DNA of 64,000 nucleotides, taken from NCBI GenBank assembly GCA_951406725.2, contig OX597840.1, positions 868,001 through 932,000 on the forward strand, in the 5' to 3' direction. Source of the stretch: Octopus vulgaris. Lineage: Eukaryota. Shown here one piece after another: positions 41,785 to 56,122 of the stretch. A program made the position numbers and the translations under genes. The notes beneath the pieces are model-generated. The model saw only the letters and a list, made by a program, of their open reading frames with translations. It did no database searches and was not told the origin of the DNA. Every line of letters starts with the position of its first letter. The first letter of the stretch is position 1.

Positions 41785-41785
<1 letters not shown>
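41352..41785 (-). mobile_element. GC-rich non-coding retroelement, possibly an RTE-related non-autonomous element
   Basis: A GC-rich island between (TA)n tracts. The minus strand ends CGAGACAAAAGGATGCC followed by (AAC)n, resembling RTE 3' ends. No credible ORF. Confidence 0.4.
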
Positions 41786-41833
<48 letters not shown>

Positions 41834-43109
41834 AAAAAATGAAGTTCGAAAATGCTGCTATATTATACAATTTTTAATTTTTATATATACATTATAACAT
41901 GTTTCAGTTCCTGAAATGAACCTTATCAAAAAAAGTTATATATAAAAAAAGACAGCTCATGCCGTCAACCACAAGAAATTCATTTACAATACACAACGGA
42001 GTCAGACATCTTAAAGTTCAAATATAGTTTGAAGTAAGTTCATTCATGCTATATGTTCAAAGTGTTCGATGCAGTGGCCCACGGTGGCGATACGTATTCA
42101 ATACAAAAAACAGATCAAAGTGGTGGAAAGCAGTCAATACAGAAGATTGATGTTCCCGAAAGAGCGAGGAATTCATTTTTACCTTGAGCAATTGTGATGA
42201 CCCATGGTGGGTGTTCGCTGGGTGATATAATATATATGTACGTGTGTGTGTGCGAGTATATACTTGTATTTGTATATCCATATATATCTATTAATACACA
42301 CACATATATATATATATATATATATGTATGTATATATGCATACATATAGCTATACACAACTGTATACACACAAATATAATTATGTATGTGTGTTCGCACC
42401 CATGCTTAAGCACACGAGCACATGTGAAGGCCTTAGTGGTCTGCGCGTTACACTCATGGTCATAACACTGCATTTCCCGTTAATTCAGTTTACTCAGGCG
42501 ACAAAAATAAATCGTACGACAGATCAGCATCGTAACCAAGGGTGAAGAAGCAAGAAAAACGGTCATATTGAGCCTATGGCTTAGAAGAATCTTTCATCTA
42601 TGGATATAAACACATTTAAATACGAATACTTTTCTTCGTTAGCAAATGACATGAATCTTTCCGTTTGCATGGTTCTTCACCGTTTATAAATTTTAAATTT
42701 ATATTTGTTTGTGTGTCCGCAAGTGTAATTTTTATTTTTAAGATATTTCTAAAACTATTTCTAAAACATTCCGTTTTTATTTATACTTTTCTTTAAACAT
42801 GGAATATATTTTTTCTTGTCTATTTTTAATATTTGATATCAAACTAAAGCAGAAGAAACTGTCATCGCAAAAATAATTATAGAAAATATGCACTCACATA
42901 GATGCGTATATACACATAGGTATACGCATATAGATGTATATATATATATATATATATATATGCATATATACAGACGTTTATATTCACTAAAATATAAGCA
43001 TATACGTTACTATATATTCATGTATATGCGTAAACATGTATACACATACACATATACCTATATATACATAGACGTTATCTAAGATTTTTTAATAAGGTAA
43101 TAATTATTA

Positions 43110-43156
<47 letters not shown>

Positions 43157-43810
43157 ATATACATCTGTCTGTGTATATATGTATATATATAAATATATAT
43201 ATATATACATACATTTATATATATATATATACATGCACACATACATACACACACACTCAAACACACATACACACACACATATATATATACATATATACAT
43301 GGTGGAATTGCAATGAATTATTGTTATTCTACCATGATTCTCATCCTCTTGTGGTCTTTCGCGTTTCTATATTTGGTAATCGCAAATTGCAGCAGAGGAA
43401 GCGTCCCACAAAACAAAAAAAATTGTAAGAAAAACGATGAAAAACCAACAAAAAAACAAACAGGCAAACAGAAAGCAAGAAGTTTACAAAACATAAACGA
43501 ATTAAATATATAAAACAATGTAGAAAAAATCTCCCCTGTGAGACAAAATAAGGAAGAAAAACTAAAAAGTAGGATTTTATTCCTGAATTTCTTTCGTCTA
43601 CTCTGCTACTCTGAGGAATATTTCGATTCTCCTTCTCTCCAACAGACATTTTTGCAGGATTATTTCGGTCGGTGTATATATTTATTGGTATATGTATGTA
43701 TGTAGGTAGGTAGGTATGTATGTATGTATGTATGTATGTATGTATGTATGTATGTATGTATGTATGTATGCATGCATGTATGTTTGTATGTATGTATGTA
43801 TGTATGCATG

Positions 43811-43847
<37 letters not shown>

Positions 43848-43977
43848 GTATGCATGTATATATACATATAAATGCATATGCATATATGTATATGTATGTG
43901 TATCTATCTATCTATCTATATATATATATATACAGAGAGAGAGAGAGAGAAAGAGAAAGAGAGCAAGAGCATGATGC

Positions 43978-44029
<52 letters not shown>

Positions 44030-44186
44030 ATATGTATGTATATTATCAGGTGTGTGCACGTGTATGTGAATATGTATATATTTATGATCGGGTATGAGCT
44101 ATGAGTTTGTGGGCATAGTTGACTTATATATCTACATATACATGCATCTTTAAAAATAATATTTTAATTCATTTTTGTCATTTGAA

Positions 44187-44797
<611 letters not shown>

Positions 44798-44799
44798 TA

Positions 44800-45830
44800 C
44801 ACCTTCACAACAGCAATGAATAAGAACTTATCTAGAACAGAGGCCTGGATGCTACGGTTTGTGTGCGAGCAGAGAAGCAGTAAAAAAATTACATTCTATT
44901 GTCAAGGAAGCTTGTATTTTGCATGGGAACTTGGCATTAACCGTGAATCAGACGAAGAACCTGAAACCACTGCCACGGAAAAGGCAGAACGGATCAAACA
45001 GACTTCAAAAATGAACAGGCAGTAACCAAGTGAGGAGCGGTGGATCTAGAAGCCTCTGTAAAGACAGTATATGTATTTCGAAGCCGAAATGCTGATGTAC
45101 ACCAAGCAACAACTCATCAGTGGCTGAGCTCAGGTCTGAAAGCAGGGACTGAAGGTTTCATACTGGCAGCATAAGGGCCCGGGAACACCTGCGGCGGGTG
45201 CACCTGCACTCTCTAGAATTTTCAGGGGGTGCAAGATCAAAATTTGCACCCCTTACATAATCTTACCAGTTTCAGAAAAAAGTGTCTAAAATATATCGGA
45301 ATAAAAGGCCTAAGTTCGATCTCGTTTCAAAACAATAAATAAATAAATAAATAGATAAATAATAGCGATGAAGCTGGCATAAAATTCCCCAGGGAGCTTA
45401 TGATCACTAACTTCTGAAGGTCCACAAGGTTAGAGCTTGCTTACCAAAGACTATCAGGCTATCGTTCTTCTAAATGGTTCGGATCCTAAATGCAGATTCT
45501 GCGATAAATTTGATGAAAGAGTAGACCATCTCGACATGAGAAGCCCTGTGCTGAGACCAAACGAATTCAAAAATCTTCACGAAAGTATAGGAGAGTATTT
45601 ATATTGGAAAATTTGTAAACACTACAAAATCAGTACTCCTGCTTATTGGTATGAACATCATCGTGAGCCAGTCGTTGAAGGTAAAAATGTCACTATCCTC
45701 TGTGATTTTCTAGTCAACACCGACAAAACGATACAGGCAAAAAGACCAGGCATAGTCATTAAAGATGGTGAAGAAAGTACTTATAGACTATAAGCCTAGA
45801 AGTACTCTGAGTAGATGTCGCCATATCGCA
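44800..45830 (+). mobile_element. Decayed R4/Dong-clade LINE C-terminal region starting at the long (TAA)n, interrupted by a ~260-bp insertion (45174-45432)
   Basis: THQWL..SGLKAGTEGFILAA, then LLTKDYQA...DPKCRFCDKFDERVDHL...YWKICKHY...WYEH...TDKTIQAKRPGIVIKD. Confidence 0.8.
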
Positions 45831-46212
45831 CTATCCACAGATTGACACCGAATCACGAATTGGAGCTTTCGGTGTGAATGCCAAGCAATACAGCATGCTT
45901 TTTCCAAATTTCTGGCTAAGTGAATTGTGTCATCATGCTGTTTTTTTTTACTCACAGACGGTACCCAACTGCCCCTATTATACTGTGTACTCGACAGAAT
46001 CAAAAATAAACAAAGTGCATTCACTGCGGAAAATGAAAAGTGTAAAATGGCGACGATTTACCTGTCGTATCCTATAAATATCTCTATCTCTGTATCTATC
46101 TATCTATATATATTCATATAAACATATATACATGCCTACGCGTATATATGTATGTCTGTTTGTATGCATACATATATATCCATATCACCTAAAATTATAC
46201 GCACTCACACAA

Positions 46213-46263
<51 letters not shown>

Positions 46264-46660
46264 CAGAAGTATATATACATACTTATATACACACACATTT
46301 ACATATATATATGCACAGATACAAATACAGTTACAGCTTCAACCAAATTCTTATCGTAAATTCTGTCAGTATTTGATTATAATCCTTTGTCTTCTATCCT
46401 CTCTATCTAATTAGATATATTCTTAGCATTCTTGCCGGAATGCCGAGTTGATAAGTTCTTCGGTATTCATCTAAATTTCACATCAAAAGTATATTCATCT
46501 CTTTTATCAGCATTTATAAAGCATATATTTCCAAACACGTGTTTTCTCAATGTGTTTTTTATAGATCTATGTGATCTGCCAGAGTTTTCGCTATAATCTC
46601 CATTAACTGTGGCAAGGAAAGTCATTCCTTTGCGACGCTCATGTAAATAGCGAATCATAT

Positions 46661-46977
46661 TTCTTTTTTGTTTGTTCCTTCTCGAGCCATGCCTGGCTCA
46701 TAAGGGCCGGTTTTCCGGTCGGTTTCTTTGGCGTATAGGTTCCCCACCTGGACGGGATGCCAGTCCGTCGCAGGTGAGCTGCAAGATGCAGGAGGAAAGA
46801 ATGAGAGAAAGTTGTGGTGAAAGAGTCAGCAGAAGTTTCGCCATTACCTTCTGCCGGAGCCACGTGGAGCTTAGGTCTTTAGCTCATAAAAACACACATC
46901 ACCCGGTCTGAGACTCGAACCCACGATCACTCGGTCACGAGTCCGCTGCTCTAACCACTAGGCCATGTGCCTCCACT
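46661..46977 (-). mobile_element. SINE with family A-like head and a third type of 3' module; 10-bp TSD
   Basis: CGAATCATAT at 46651-46660 and 46978-46987. The tail contains CCTGCGACGGACTGGCATCCCGTCCAGG. Confidence 0.85.
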
Positions 46978-47031
46978 CGAATCATATGACTATGTGTAAC
47001 GAATCACATCTATATTAATGTGATATTTCAA

Positions 47032-47200
47032 AATGTGACCTCGTGTGTACCATTGGCGAATTTTTTCCCTCTGTCATCCCCTCTCTGGATCTTTTCTTCT
47101 CCTATGTTTCCGACGAAGAGCTCCGCTCGAAAGGTTAAACCTTCCTTCTTTCCTTCTTTCCTGAGCGTCCAATAGTACTATATTTGTTCCACGTCCTCTA
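47032..47200 (+). mobile_element. Family H3 element with degenerate hammerhead
   Basis: GTTT-CCGACGA-AGAGCTCCGCTC-GAAA-GGTT-AAAC at 47106-47140. Confidence 0.65.
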
Positions 47201-47429
47201 TTTTCCCCGGGTCTACTCTGAGCAATAGTAGTAGCAGCTGTGAAGGCCCCGGCCATGAGTTAGCGTGAAAACCACTGTAAGAGAATGATCTCCAGTTCTC
47301 ATTTGAGCTAAACAGAGCAGCAGTTCAAAAAGACCTGTTCGTCATTTACAGGTGAGTGGACTGATGCAACGTTAAATCGTTTCGCTCTAGAATACAATGC
47401 ACCGCCTATCTGGGAATCAAATCCACATC

Positions 47430-47484
<55 letters not shown>

Positions 47485-47605
47485 GTATGTATGTATGTAT
47501 GTATGTATGTATATATGCATATATATATATATATATATATAAATCTATATTTATATATATATATATATACGTATGTATGTATATATATACGTATGTATGT
47601 ATATA

Positions 47606-47691
<86 letters not shown>

Positions 47692-47729
47692 CATATATAC
47701 ATGTATGTATAGTTATGTATGTAATTGAT

Positions 47730-47902
47730 CGCTAGCTACTATATATTTATTTTCTCTCCTTGTTTCTTTCTGTGTTCCTTCCTGTGGAAGAGCGTAGGCT
47801 CGAAACGTTAAAGACATTTTTCACTTCCCTAGTGTTATACTAATACATCTGTTTGTTGTCTACACCACCTGTCTTCGTCTGTTGTTTATTTGCGAAATCT
47901 CC

Positions 47903-47906
<4 letters not shown>
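47730..47906 (+). mobile_element. H3-related element with variant hammerhead core, ending in (TA)n; a second copy lies at ~48828-49025 (-)
   Basis: CTGTGGA-AGAGCGTAGGCTC-GAAA-CGTT-AAAGAC. The minus copy reads TTGTAGA-AGAGCGTAGGCTC-GAAA-CGTA-AAAGAC. Confidence 0.6.
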
Positions 47907-47945
<39 letters not shown>

Positions 47946-47952
47946 TATATAT

Positions 47953-48091
<139 letters not shown>

Positions 48092-48778
48092 CAGACATAG
48101 CTATACATAAATAAGCTGACAGGTAAAAAGATTGATATATATATAGAAATACGTATATACACATATGTCTGTGTGTATATACGCGTACGTTGTTTAATCA
48201 GAAGATTCTTCACCGTATTCTAATTTCCCTTGTTTTCTTATGCCAAAATTCTAATCAGGACAGATGCTACCATTGTCTGTCTTTCGTTAGATTTGTGACA
48301 TTTAATGTTCAATCATTTTCTTTGGGGAATATCTTGATATTTATTATATTTAACAGACAAATGTTCCGTCAGTTATTTTATTGCTACGTTTCTAAACATT
48401 TACAATGGCGATGTTGTAGCTGTAAGACCCAGAACGGACGTGATGCATCTACGAACTGGCTTAATAAAAATAATTTTGAGCGAATACGTGGTTTTAGCTA
48501 TAGAGACACTATATATAAAAAAAAAACGTTGTGTGTCTTCTAGTGAAGTCAACTGTTCGAACGAGGCCCAGTGAATGATTTTGCTAGACACAAATCTTTA
48601 TGGACGCCAGGCGTGACTGTGGGGAGAGGAGTTTAATTCTCAACCACATGGTTCCGGGTTCAGTCCTACTCCGTGGTACCCTGAGCAAGTGCCGTTTAGT
48701 ATAGCCTCGAGCCGACTAAAGCCTTTTGGGTGGATTTGGTAGACGGAAACTAAAAGAAAGCAGTCGCGTGTGTGTGTA

Positions 48779-48821
<43 letters not shown>

Positions 48822-49207
48822 TTATATATAGGGAGAGTTTACGAAAAACAAACAGATGTATTAGTATAACGCTCAGGAATAAGAAAAGTCTTTTACGTTT
48901 CGAGCCTACGCTCTTCTACAAATAAGTGACACAGAAAAAACAATGTGAAAAACAAGGAAAGAAAAAAAAGGAGGGAAAAAGTAAAGAAAAAGGAGAGAAA
49001 AAATGTGTGTAGTGGCTAACGATCTATCATTTGTATATATGTGTGTGTGTTTGTGTGTGTGGGTGTGTATGTGTGTGTGCGTGCGTGTACGTGCGTATGT
49101 TTGAGTCTCTGCTTGTCTCCCACCACCGCTTGACATCCCTCGTTAGTAATTAAGTCCTCTTAGACCAGCGGTTCGACAAAAGACACTTATATAAGTAGCA
49201 GTCTCCA

Positions 49208-49282
<75 letters not shown>

Positions 49283-49283
<1 letters not shown>

Positions 49284-49781
49284 GTGTTATCATGTACATT
49301 GTTTTGTCTTGGTATAAAAGATGGGCTACAGCAAATATTCTGCTCAATACCACAGATTTGCTTGTCAGTTGTTTGACCTTAACCAGTTGAGCATGTCCCT
49401 TAGTGGCTGACGATATGTGCATCTCTGATCACGAGCAGAAGTAGTGGGGGGAGCATCATAGCCATGTGTTGAGAGGGATTCTTTGGGGTTTGAATAGTTC
49501 ACCTCTGGAAACATGGGTGGTTCTTTCAACATCCTTAAACAACCCTTATTCAGGGACCTTTTGAGTGGGATGGGCTACTCAACCTGAAGAAAATTCTAAC
49601 TGGGCCCCACCTGCAAGGTCATGTGCTGTTTATCTTGATATGAGATCACCATGTCGCGCACATATGGTTGTGATGCATGTGCCTGGTGTACCTTTATCAG
49701 ACGGGTAGTCATGATGGGTATATTGGGCTTCGTATATTTTACCCCAGTGTCACTTTGATGGCATGAACTGCTCTCTCACTC
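49283..49781 (+). mobile_element. Family T element, 5'-truncated, in (TAA)n
   Basis: Reverse complement of 3396-3895, with TAA on both sides. Confidence 0.88.
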
Positions 49782-50699
49782 AATGATAATAATAATAACA
49801 TACTTTTCTACTCGAGACACAAGGTACGAAATGTTTAGCAGTATTTCATCTGTCTTTCCGTTCTGAGTTCAAATTCCGCCGAAGTCGACCTTATCGTTCA
49901 TCCTTTCGGGGTTAATAAATTAACTACCAGTTGGGTACTGGAGTGAATCTAATCGACTGATCCCCGCTCTGCTGTCCCAAAATTTCCGGCCTTGTGCCTA
50001 GAGTAGAAGAGAATATTGTACTCTTGATCCGAGATCAATATTTAATCTTATACAAGAGAAAGCAGAGGGGGTATTAAATGAAGAAAAATTCATAAAGAAG
50101 TCTTGCACTGAAATACCTTTCCCACGATTTTTGCCGACAAACTCAGGTACGTGTTTCAGGGTGTATATACTTAACATGTTTAAAAAAACACACACACACA
50201 GAATTGTTGTTATAAACCACTACAAATAATGCAATATGATGAGGTTTCAAACCATCTAACGAGGCTTTTCACCTCCTACCCATCAATATAAAATGAATGA
50301 AATAAATGCGCCCTTTTAAAGCCCTCATGGGACCAGTTTCCCGGTTTCAATGGTGTATGTGTTCCCCAGCTGCGTTACTCATTTTTGCCAACTGAGTGGA
50401 CTGGAGCAGCGTGAAATGAAGGGTTTTGCTCAAGAACACAATACGACGCCCGGTCCAGGAATCGAAACCACAATGTTACGATCATAATGCTGACACCCTA
50501 ACCATTAAGCCACGCGCCTCCACACTCATCGGTATATCCATCAATATAACCATTATTATCTTCAATGCTGCTTGAGTTCCTGTACCCTACCATTTCCCAT
50601 GCCTCATTCATGTACGAGGCATATATCCTGTTAGGGCCACTCACTAAACTAAATAGGTGAATGTACAGGTATGAACGATAAGATACTCAAGGACTCAAC

Positions 50700-51125
50700 G
50701 GATCTTTTCGGTTTGACCGGCAGTTTTTAACTTAATTTCTAGGTAACTAAAAAATTTAAACTTCGTATACTGGTAGAATGTGTTTATAAAACATCTTTTT
50801 CTCTTGGCTTTATTGAGAAAATTCTATAGTTTGTAAGATATTTGTTGTTTTTTTCTTCAATTTCTGCAATTTCTAACAATCAATTACGTCTATTGAGGTG
50901 AAAACATTCTGTGCCGTATGAATATGTCCCTCGTTTATGAAACAGATTGCGTTTATTTACATTTCTGAAGGCAAAAAAGATACCCTTCCCCCCACCGCTA
51001 ACCGTAACCCTAAGTAACCCTAACCCTAAAAGAGATTGAAATGCAATATATCGATACTAGGGTCATAATTATGGATGACAATTTCATATGACTCCGCTAG
51101 AAAAATCTGCCATTCAAACCGATCC
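50700..51125. mobile_element. Non-autonomous TIR DNA transposon (MITE) with 8-bp TSD and internal CCCTAA repeats
   Basis: TIRs GGATCTTTTCGGTTTGACCGGCAGTTTTT and AAAAATCTGCCATTCAAACCGATCC. GACTCAAC occurs at 50692-50699 and 51126-51133. Confidence 0.85.
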
Positions 51126-51789
51126 GACTCAACGCTATCGCAGGAAGCGAAATTACAGCCTTAGGGTCCCGAGCTGGGCCCTGTGCGCTGACTACTAGGC
51201 TACGAGCCTTCACATAAGTTTACGTTGCAAAGCACAGTATCATAGAAGGACTGACCTTTCTCTTGTAATGAAGCCATTAAAATAAATAAATAAACAAATA
51301 AATAAATAATGGTACCACTGAAGTATCCGTATTCTTCAAGAACGGAATGCATAGATTAACTCTCGACGGATTGTTGTGGCTTTGTCTTTCACAAGAGATT
51401 TTCTCTTAAGTAGATTGCGTGCAAGCATACATTGGATTAATGTTGTTTTTTTTCCTTTTTCCATTTCTTAAGAAATTTTTTTTTAAAGATAACACGAAAG
51501 AGAAGGAAATATCTTTTAAAAGATGAAAAAAAAAAACGAAAAAAAAAACGAACCAAAAAAACGAAACTTTACAAAGAACAGTTTCGAAATTAACGAATTA
51601 ATTCGCCATATAATAGTTGTGAGAGAATGAAGAAAATATAGCGTGTCTGCTGAAGCAAATGAATATTCATAACAAAGTTCCATCCAGCCATTAACCATTC
51701 AATGTTCTTGTAGAAGACAATGAGAGAACCGCTCATTAGACGCACGACGTGCTAGAAATAGTAACCAAAATATGAACGAGACATTGTAA

Positions 51790-52148
51790 GATGTGGTCAC
51801 ATGAATGATTACGACTAAATATCTGTGACTCAGAGGCAAGCCACGCTTAAATAGCAACAGCATTGTAGTGGAAGTCAATGAAGAAAAGATTAAATGGATA
51901 TACGATGTCCTAGAAATAGCAGCCAATTCACTCTCGAATTATACCTGTTACGTTTATAAAAATGAGCTCATGATGTGGTCACATGAATGATTACGACTAA
52001 ATATCTATGACTCAGAGGCAAGCCACGCTTAAATAGTAACAACATTGTAGTAGAAGTCAATGAAGAACAGATTAAGTGGATATACGACGTCCTAAAAACA
52101 GCTAATTCACACTCGAATTATACATATTACGTTTCTAAAAATGAGCTC
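51790..52148. repeat. Tandem duplication of a ~180-bp unit
   Basis: GATGTGGTCACATGAATGATTACGACTAAATATCT...AAAAATGAGCTC occurs twice. Confidence 0.9.
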
Positions 52149-52149
52149 G

Positions 52150-52514
52150 GGAATCTTTTCTGTTTGAACGGCAGTTTTTAGCATAATTTCTAGGTAACTA
52201 AAAAATTTTAAACTTCGTATACTGGTAGAATGTGTTTATAAAACATATTTTTCTCTTGGCTTTATTGAGAAAATTCTATAGTTTGTAAGATATTTGTTGT
52301 TTTTTTCTTTAATATCTGCAATTTCAATCAATCAGTGACGTCTATTGAGGTAAAAAAAAATTGTGCCGTATGAATATGTCCCTCGTTTAAGAAACAGACT
52401 GGGTTTATTTACATTTGTGAAGAAAAAAGATACCCTTCCCCCCACCCCTAACCCTAACCCTAACCCTAAGACTAACTAACCCTAAAACAGATTGAAATGC
52501 AATAGATCGATACT
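52150..52514. mobile_element. Second copy of the CCCTAA-containing MITE, missing its right end
   Basis: Colinear with 50700-51058. Confidence 0.85.
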
Positions 52515-52852
52515 ATAAGTGACCGAAATAACATCAGTTGCCTTGAATCGGACGCCAGTCTTTTCGAGCGGTTATTCATGCACAGCTAGGTGGACTGAAG
52601 CAATGAGAAATGACGTATTTTGATGAAGAACACAATACACCGCTCGGTCTGGGAATTGAAACCTCGAAACAGCGTTCGTTAGTGCAAAACCATATCCAAT
52701 AGGCCATGCACCATCACTATTTTGTAATTTAGACCTTGATATTTTTGTGTTTGACAATTGACGACGAATATATTTACGGCCTTATATTGTTGATTGAGAG
52801 GAGTTGCAAGATTAAGCTACAATACAGAGAATCAAATTGAAATGACAAGAAC

Positions 52853-52900
<48 letters not shown>

Positions 52901-53400
52901 GATGATGATGATGATAATGATGATGATGATAATGATGATTATAATAATAATAATAGGAGGAAGAAGTAATAGTAGTAGTAGTAGTAGTAGAAGAAGAAGA
53001 AGAAGAAGAAGAAAAAGAGGTAGTAGTAGAAGAAGAAGAGGAAGAAGAAATAATAGTAATAGTAGAAGTAGAAGAAGAATAAGTAGTAGTAGTTGTAGTA
53101 GAAAAGAAGAAGAAGAAGGAGAAGAAGAAAATGAAGAAAAAACAAGAATATGAAGGAGTAGTAGTAGTAGTAGTAGAAGAAGAAGAAGACGAAGAAGAAG
53201 ACGAAGATGAAAAAGAGGTAGTAGAAGAAGACGAAGAAAATAAAGAGGTAGTAGTAGAAGAAGTAGTAGTAGTAGTAGTAGAAGAAGAAGAAGTAGTAGA
53301 AGAAGAAGTAGTAGTAGTAGTTGTAGTAGAAAAGAAGAAGAAGGAGAAGAGGAAGAAAAAGAAGAAGAAAAAGAAGAAGAAGAAGAAGAAGAAGAAGAAG

Positions 53401-53464
<64 letters not shown>

Positions 53465-53466
53465 TT

Positions 53467-53497
<31 letters not shown>

Positions 53498-53499
53498 AA

Positions 53500-53872
53500 G
53501 AAGAAGATGCCCGTTAATTGATATGACAATGTCTACTGATAGAAATATCTCACCAAAGAAATTTAATAAACTGTCGAAAGATAGGGACCTTGAGATTGAG
53601 ATATCTGAGACGTGGCAATTAAAAACCAAAAATAAATAAATAAATAAATAAATAAATAAAACTGTCCGTTGTTGGAGATTCCATGGGAATGATCAAGAAA
53701 GGTACTGACAAAGTTTTTGATCAGATCCATGAGAACTCAGCAACCTGGGAGACTCAAAACCATTACGTTAACATCAACCGACCACATTTTCGGGCATTTC
53801 TCTCCATTTGATATATACGTTCCTTAGGTTTCTGGTTGAGACCTGGTTGGGAGATGGAATAAAATGCAAATC
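53500..53872 (+). mobile_element. Decayed R4/Dong-clade RLE C-terminus between (TAG)n and (CTA)n tracts
   Basis: LIDMTMSTDRNISPKKFNKLSKDRDLEIEISETWQLKTK parallels the 2133-2980 translation. Confidence 0.75.
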
Positions 53873-53873
53873 A

Positions 53874-53914
<41 letters not shown>

Positions 53915-53951
53915 AACTACTACAACGGCTACTACTACTACAGCTACTACA

Positions 53952-53992
<41 letters not shown>

Positions 53993-54045
53993 CAATATTA
54001 CTACTATTACTACTACTACTACTACTACAACAACTACTACCTCTT

Positions 54046-54093
<48 letters not shown>

Positions 54094-54107
54094 ATAATAA
54101 TAATAAT

Positions 54108-54636
54108 TGCCCTGATGCAGTACCAGGCAGTGGCTTACATGACTTCTCATCTTAACTGATTGGAAGTGTTATCATGTACATTGTTTTGTCTTGGTATAAG
54201 AGATGGGCTACAGCAAATATTCTGCTCAGTACCACAGATTTGCTTGTCAGTTGTTTGACCGTAACCAGTTGAGCATGTCTCTTAGTGGCTGATGATATGT
54301 GCATCTCTGATCACGAGCAGAAGTAGTGGGGGAGCATCATAGCCATGTGTTGATAGGAATTCTTTTGGGTTCACCTTCGGAAACGTGGGTGTTTTGTTCA
54401 ACGTCCTTAAGCCGCCTTTATACAGTGACCTTTCGGGCAGAATGGACTACTCGGTCTGATGAAAATTCTATCGTGGTCCCACCTGCAAGGTCATGGGCGT
54501 TCACTATGTTGCGCACATTTGGTTGCGATTCATGCGCGCGGTGTACCCTTAACATACGGGTAGTCATAATGGGTACACTGGGCTTCGTATATTTTACCTC
54601 AGTGTGCCTTTGATGCCATGCACTGCTCTTTCACTC
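54108..54636 (+). mobile_element. Family T element, full length, more diverged subfamily
   Basis: Same 5' start TGCCCTGATGCAGTACCAGGCAG as the 3396-3947 copy. Ends TCACTC followed by (AAT)n. Confidence 0.85.
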
Positions 54637-54652
54637 AATAATGATAATAATA

Positions 54653-54726
<74 letters not shown>

Positions 54727-54727
<1 letters not shown>

Positions 54728-55102
54728 GATGGGCTACAGCAAATATTCTGTTCAATACCATGGATTTGCTTGTCATTTGTTTGACCTTAACCAGTTGAGC
54801 ATGTCCCTTGGTAGCTGACGATATGTGCATCTCTGATCACGAGAAGTAGTGGGGGAGCATCATAGCAATATGTTGAGAGGGATTCTTTGGAGGTTTGGAT
54901 AATTCAACTCTGGAAACATGGGTGTTTCGTTCAACATCCTTAAACAACCCTTATTCAGGGACCTTTTGAGTGGGATGGGTTACTCGACCAGAAGAAAATT
55001 TTAACTGGGCCCCACCTGCAAGGTCATGTGCTGTTTATCTTGATATGAGATCGCCATGTCGCGCACATATGGTTGTGATGCATGTGCCTAGTGTACCCTT
55101 AT
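54727..55102 (+). mobile_element. Family T element truncated at both ends
   Basis: Starts AGATGGGCTACAGC directly after (AAT)n. Confidence 0.85.
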
Positions 55103-55159
55103 AATCATACGCACATATTGTTGTTGAGAAAATAGTAAGAAGAAAAAGTTATAATAATG

Positions 55160-55234
<75 letters not shown>

Positions 55235-55776
55235 TCGCTTACAAACTAATCTTCATTGTCTTGCTCGAAATGAAGGTCAAAGAAGATTATGTAATTTCGA
55301 AGATGAGTTCCAACATAATTACAGTTTTTAATTAAGAACTTTACAGCAATTTCGCATTGTATCACAAAAAATTTTCATAGTATCCATAAAACAACTTTAA
55401 GCTGACAAACAATAAATATATTACGGTAGCATTAATTCCTGCTGATCGAGAACAATTGAATTTATCCAAGGTGTTTGGATATTGAGAAACTTCAGGAGAG
55501 ATTCCACGCAAAGATTTCAAAATATAAAGAAAACGTAAAAATTATAGGAAACAAAAAAATACAGTCGTTTTCGGAGAGACGTAAGGGGGTAAACAGACGG
55601 AGGTAAAAGCCATTCGTGTGCGTAGATGTGATAAGTGAATGTATATATATATATTAATAAAAGGAATTCCAACCTTGTCTGATTTTCACATTTTATTTAC
55701 AATATTATAATGATATAATATAAGATAATATAATATAATAAAATAAAATAATAGAATGTTAAATGTTCATTCTGAT

Positions 55777-55821
55777 TGAACTAGTACTTTCATGCATTAA
55801 ATTCTGCAATCTTCAGGTTCA
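55777..55821 (-). ncRNA. Minimal type I hammerhead ribozyme motif (family H5)
   Basis: TGAAC-CTGAAGA-TTGCAGAATTTAATGCAT-GAAA-GTAC-TA-GTTCA: perfect 5-bp stem I and palindromic stem III (AGTACT). Confidence 0.78.
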
Positions 55822-55933
55822 TGTGTGTGACAGTCATGCTTCGCATGTGGAGACAGTGGTGACAGTCATGCTGCACAATTTTTGACTGTATATATATATA
55901 TATATATACTTTATTCAAAAGCAGCAGAAATTC

Positions 55934-55986
55934 AACAAAACCTGTTACTCGGAGTTTCACTTTCCCGTTCGTCAGACAGTTTTGTT
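55934..55986 (-). ncRNA. Minimal type I hammerhead ribozyme motif (family H1, second copy)
   Basis: AACAAAACTGT-CTGACGA-ACGGGAAAGT-GAAA-CTCCGAG-TA-ACAGGTTTTGTT, then AATAAA and (TA)n as at 12901. Confidence 0.78.
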
Positions 55987-56122
55987 AAAAAGTATATATG
56001 TATGTAAATGTAATATGTGACAATTATTCGGTACCATGGTAAAACTCCGAGTTTCGGATGCCGAGGTGGAAATCTATGAAAAGATTTTTCATAGATTTTT
56101 CATAGCATATTTCCGATGGCCG

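Noticed and set aside
50010-50150. Possible host exon ending CAG|GTACGT
   Set aside because: There is no clear acceptor (upstream is a SINE tail) and the peptide is not recognisable.
50995-52485. CCCTAA repeats as a telomere or chromosome-fusion site
   Set aside because: There are only a few units, at the same internal position of two MITE copies.
54108-54135. Resemblance of the family T 5' hairpin to U2 snRNA stem-loop IV
   Set aside because: The match is only a few bases (GCAGTACC) and no other U2 sequence is present.
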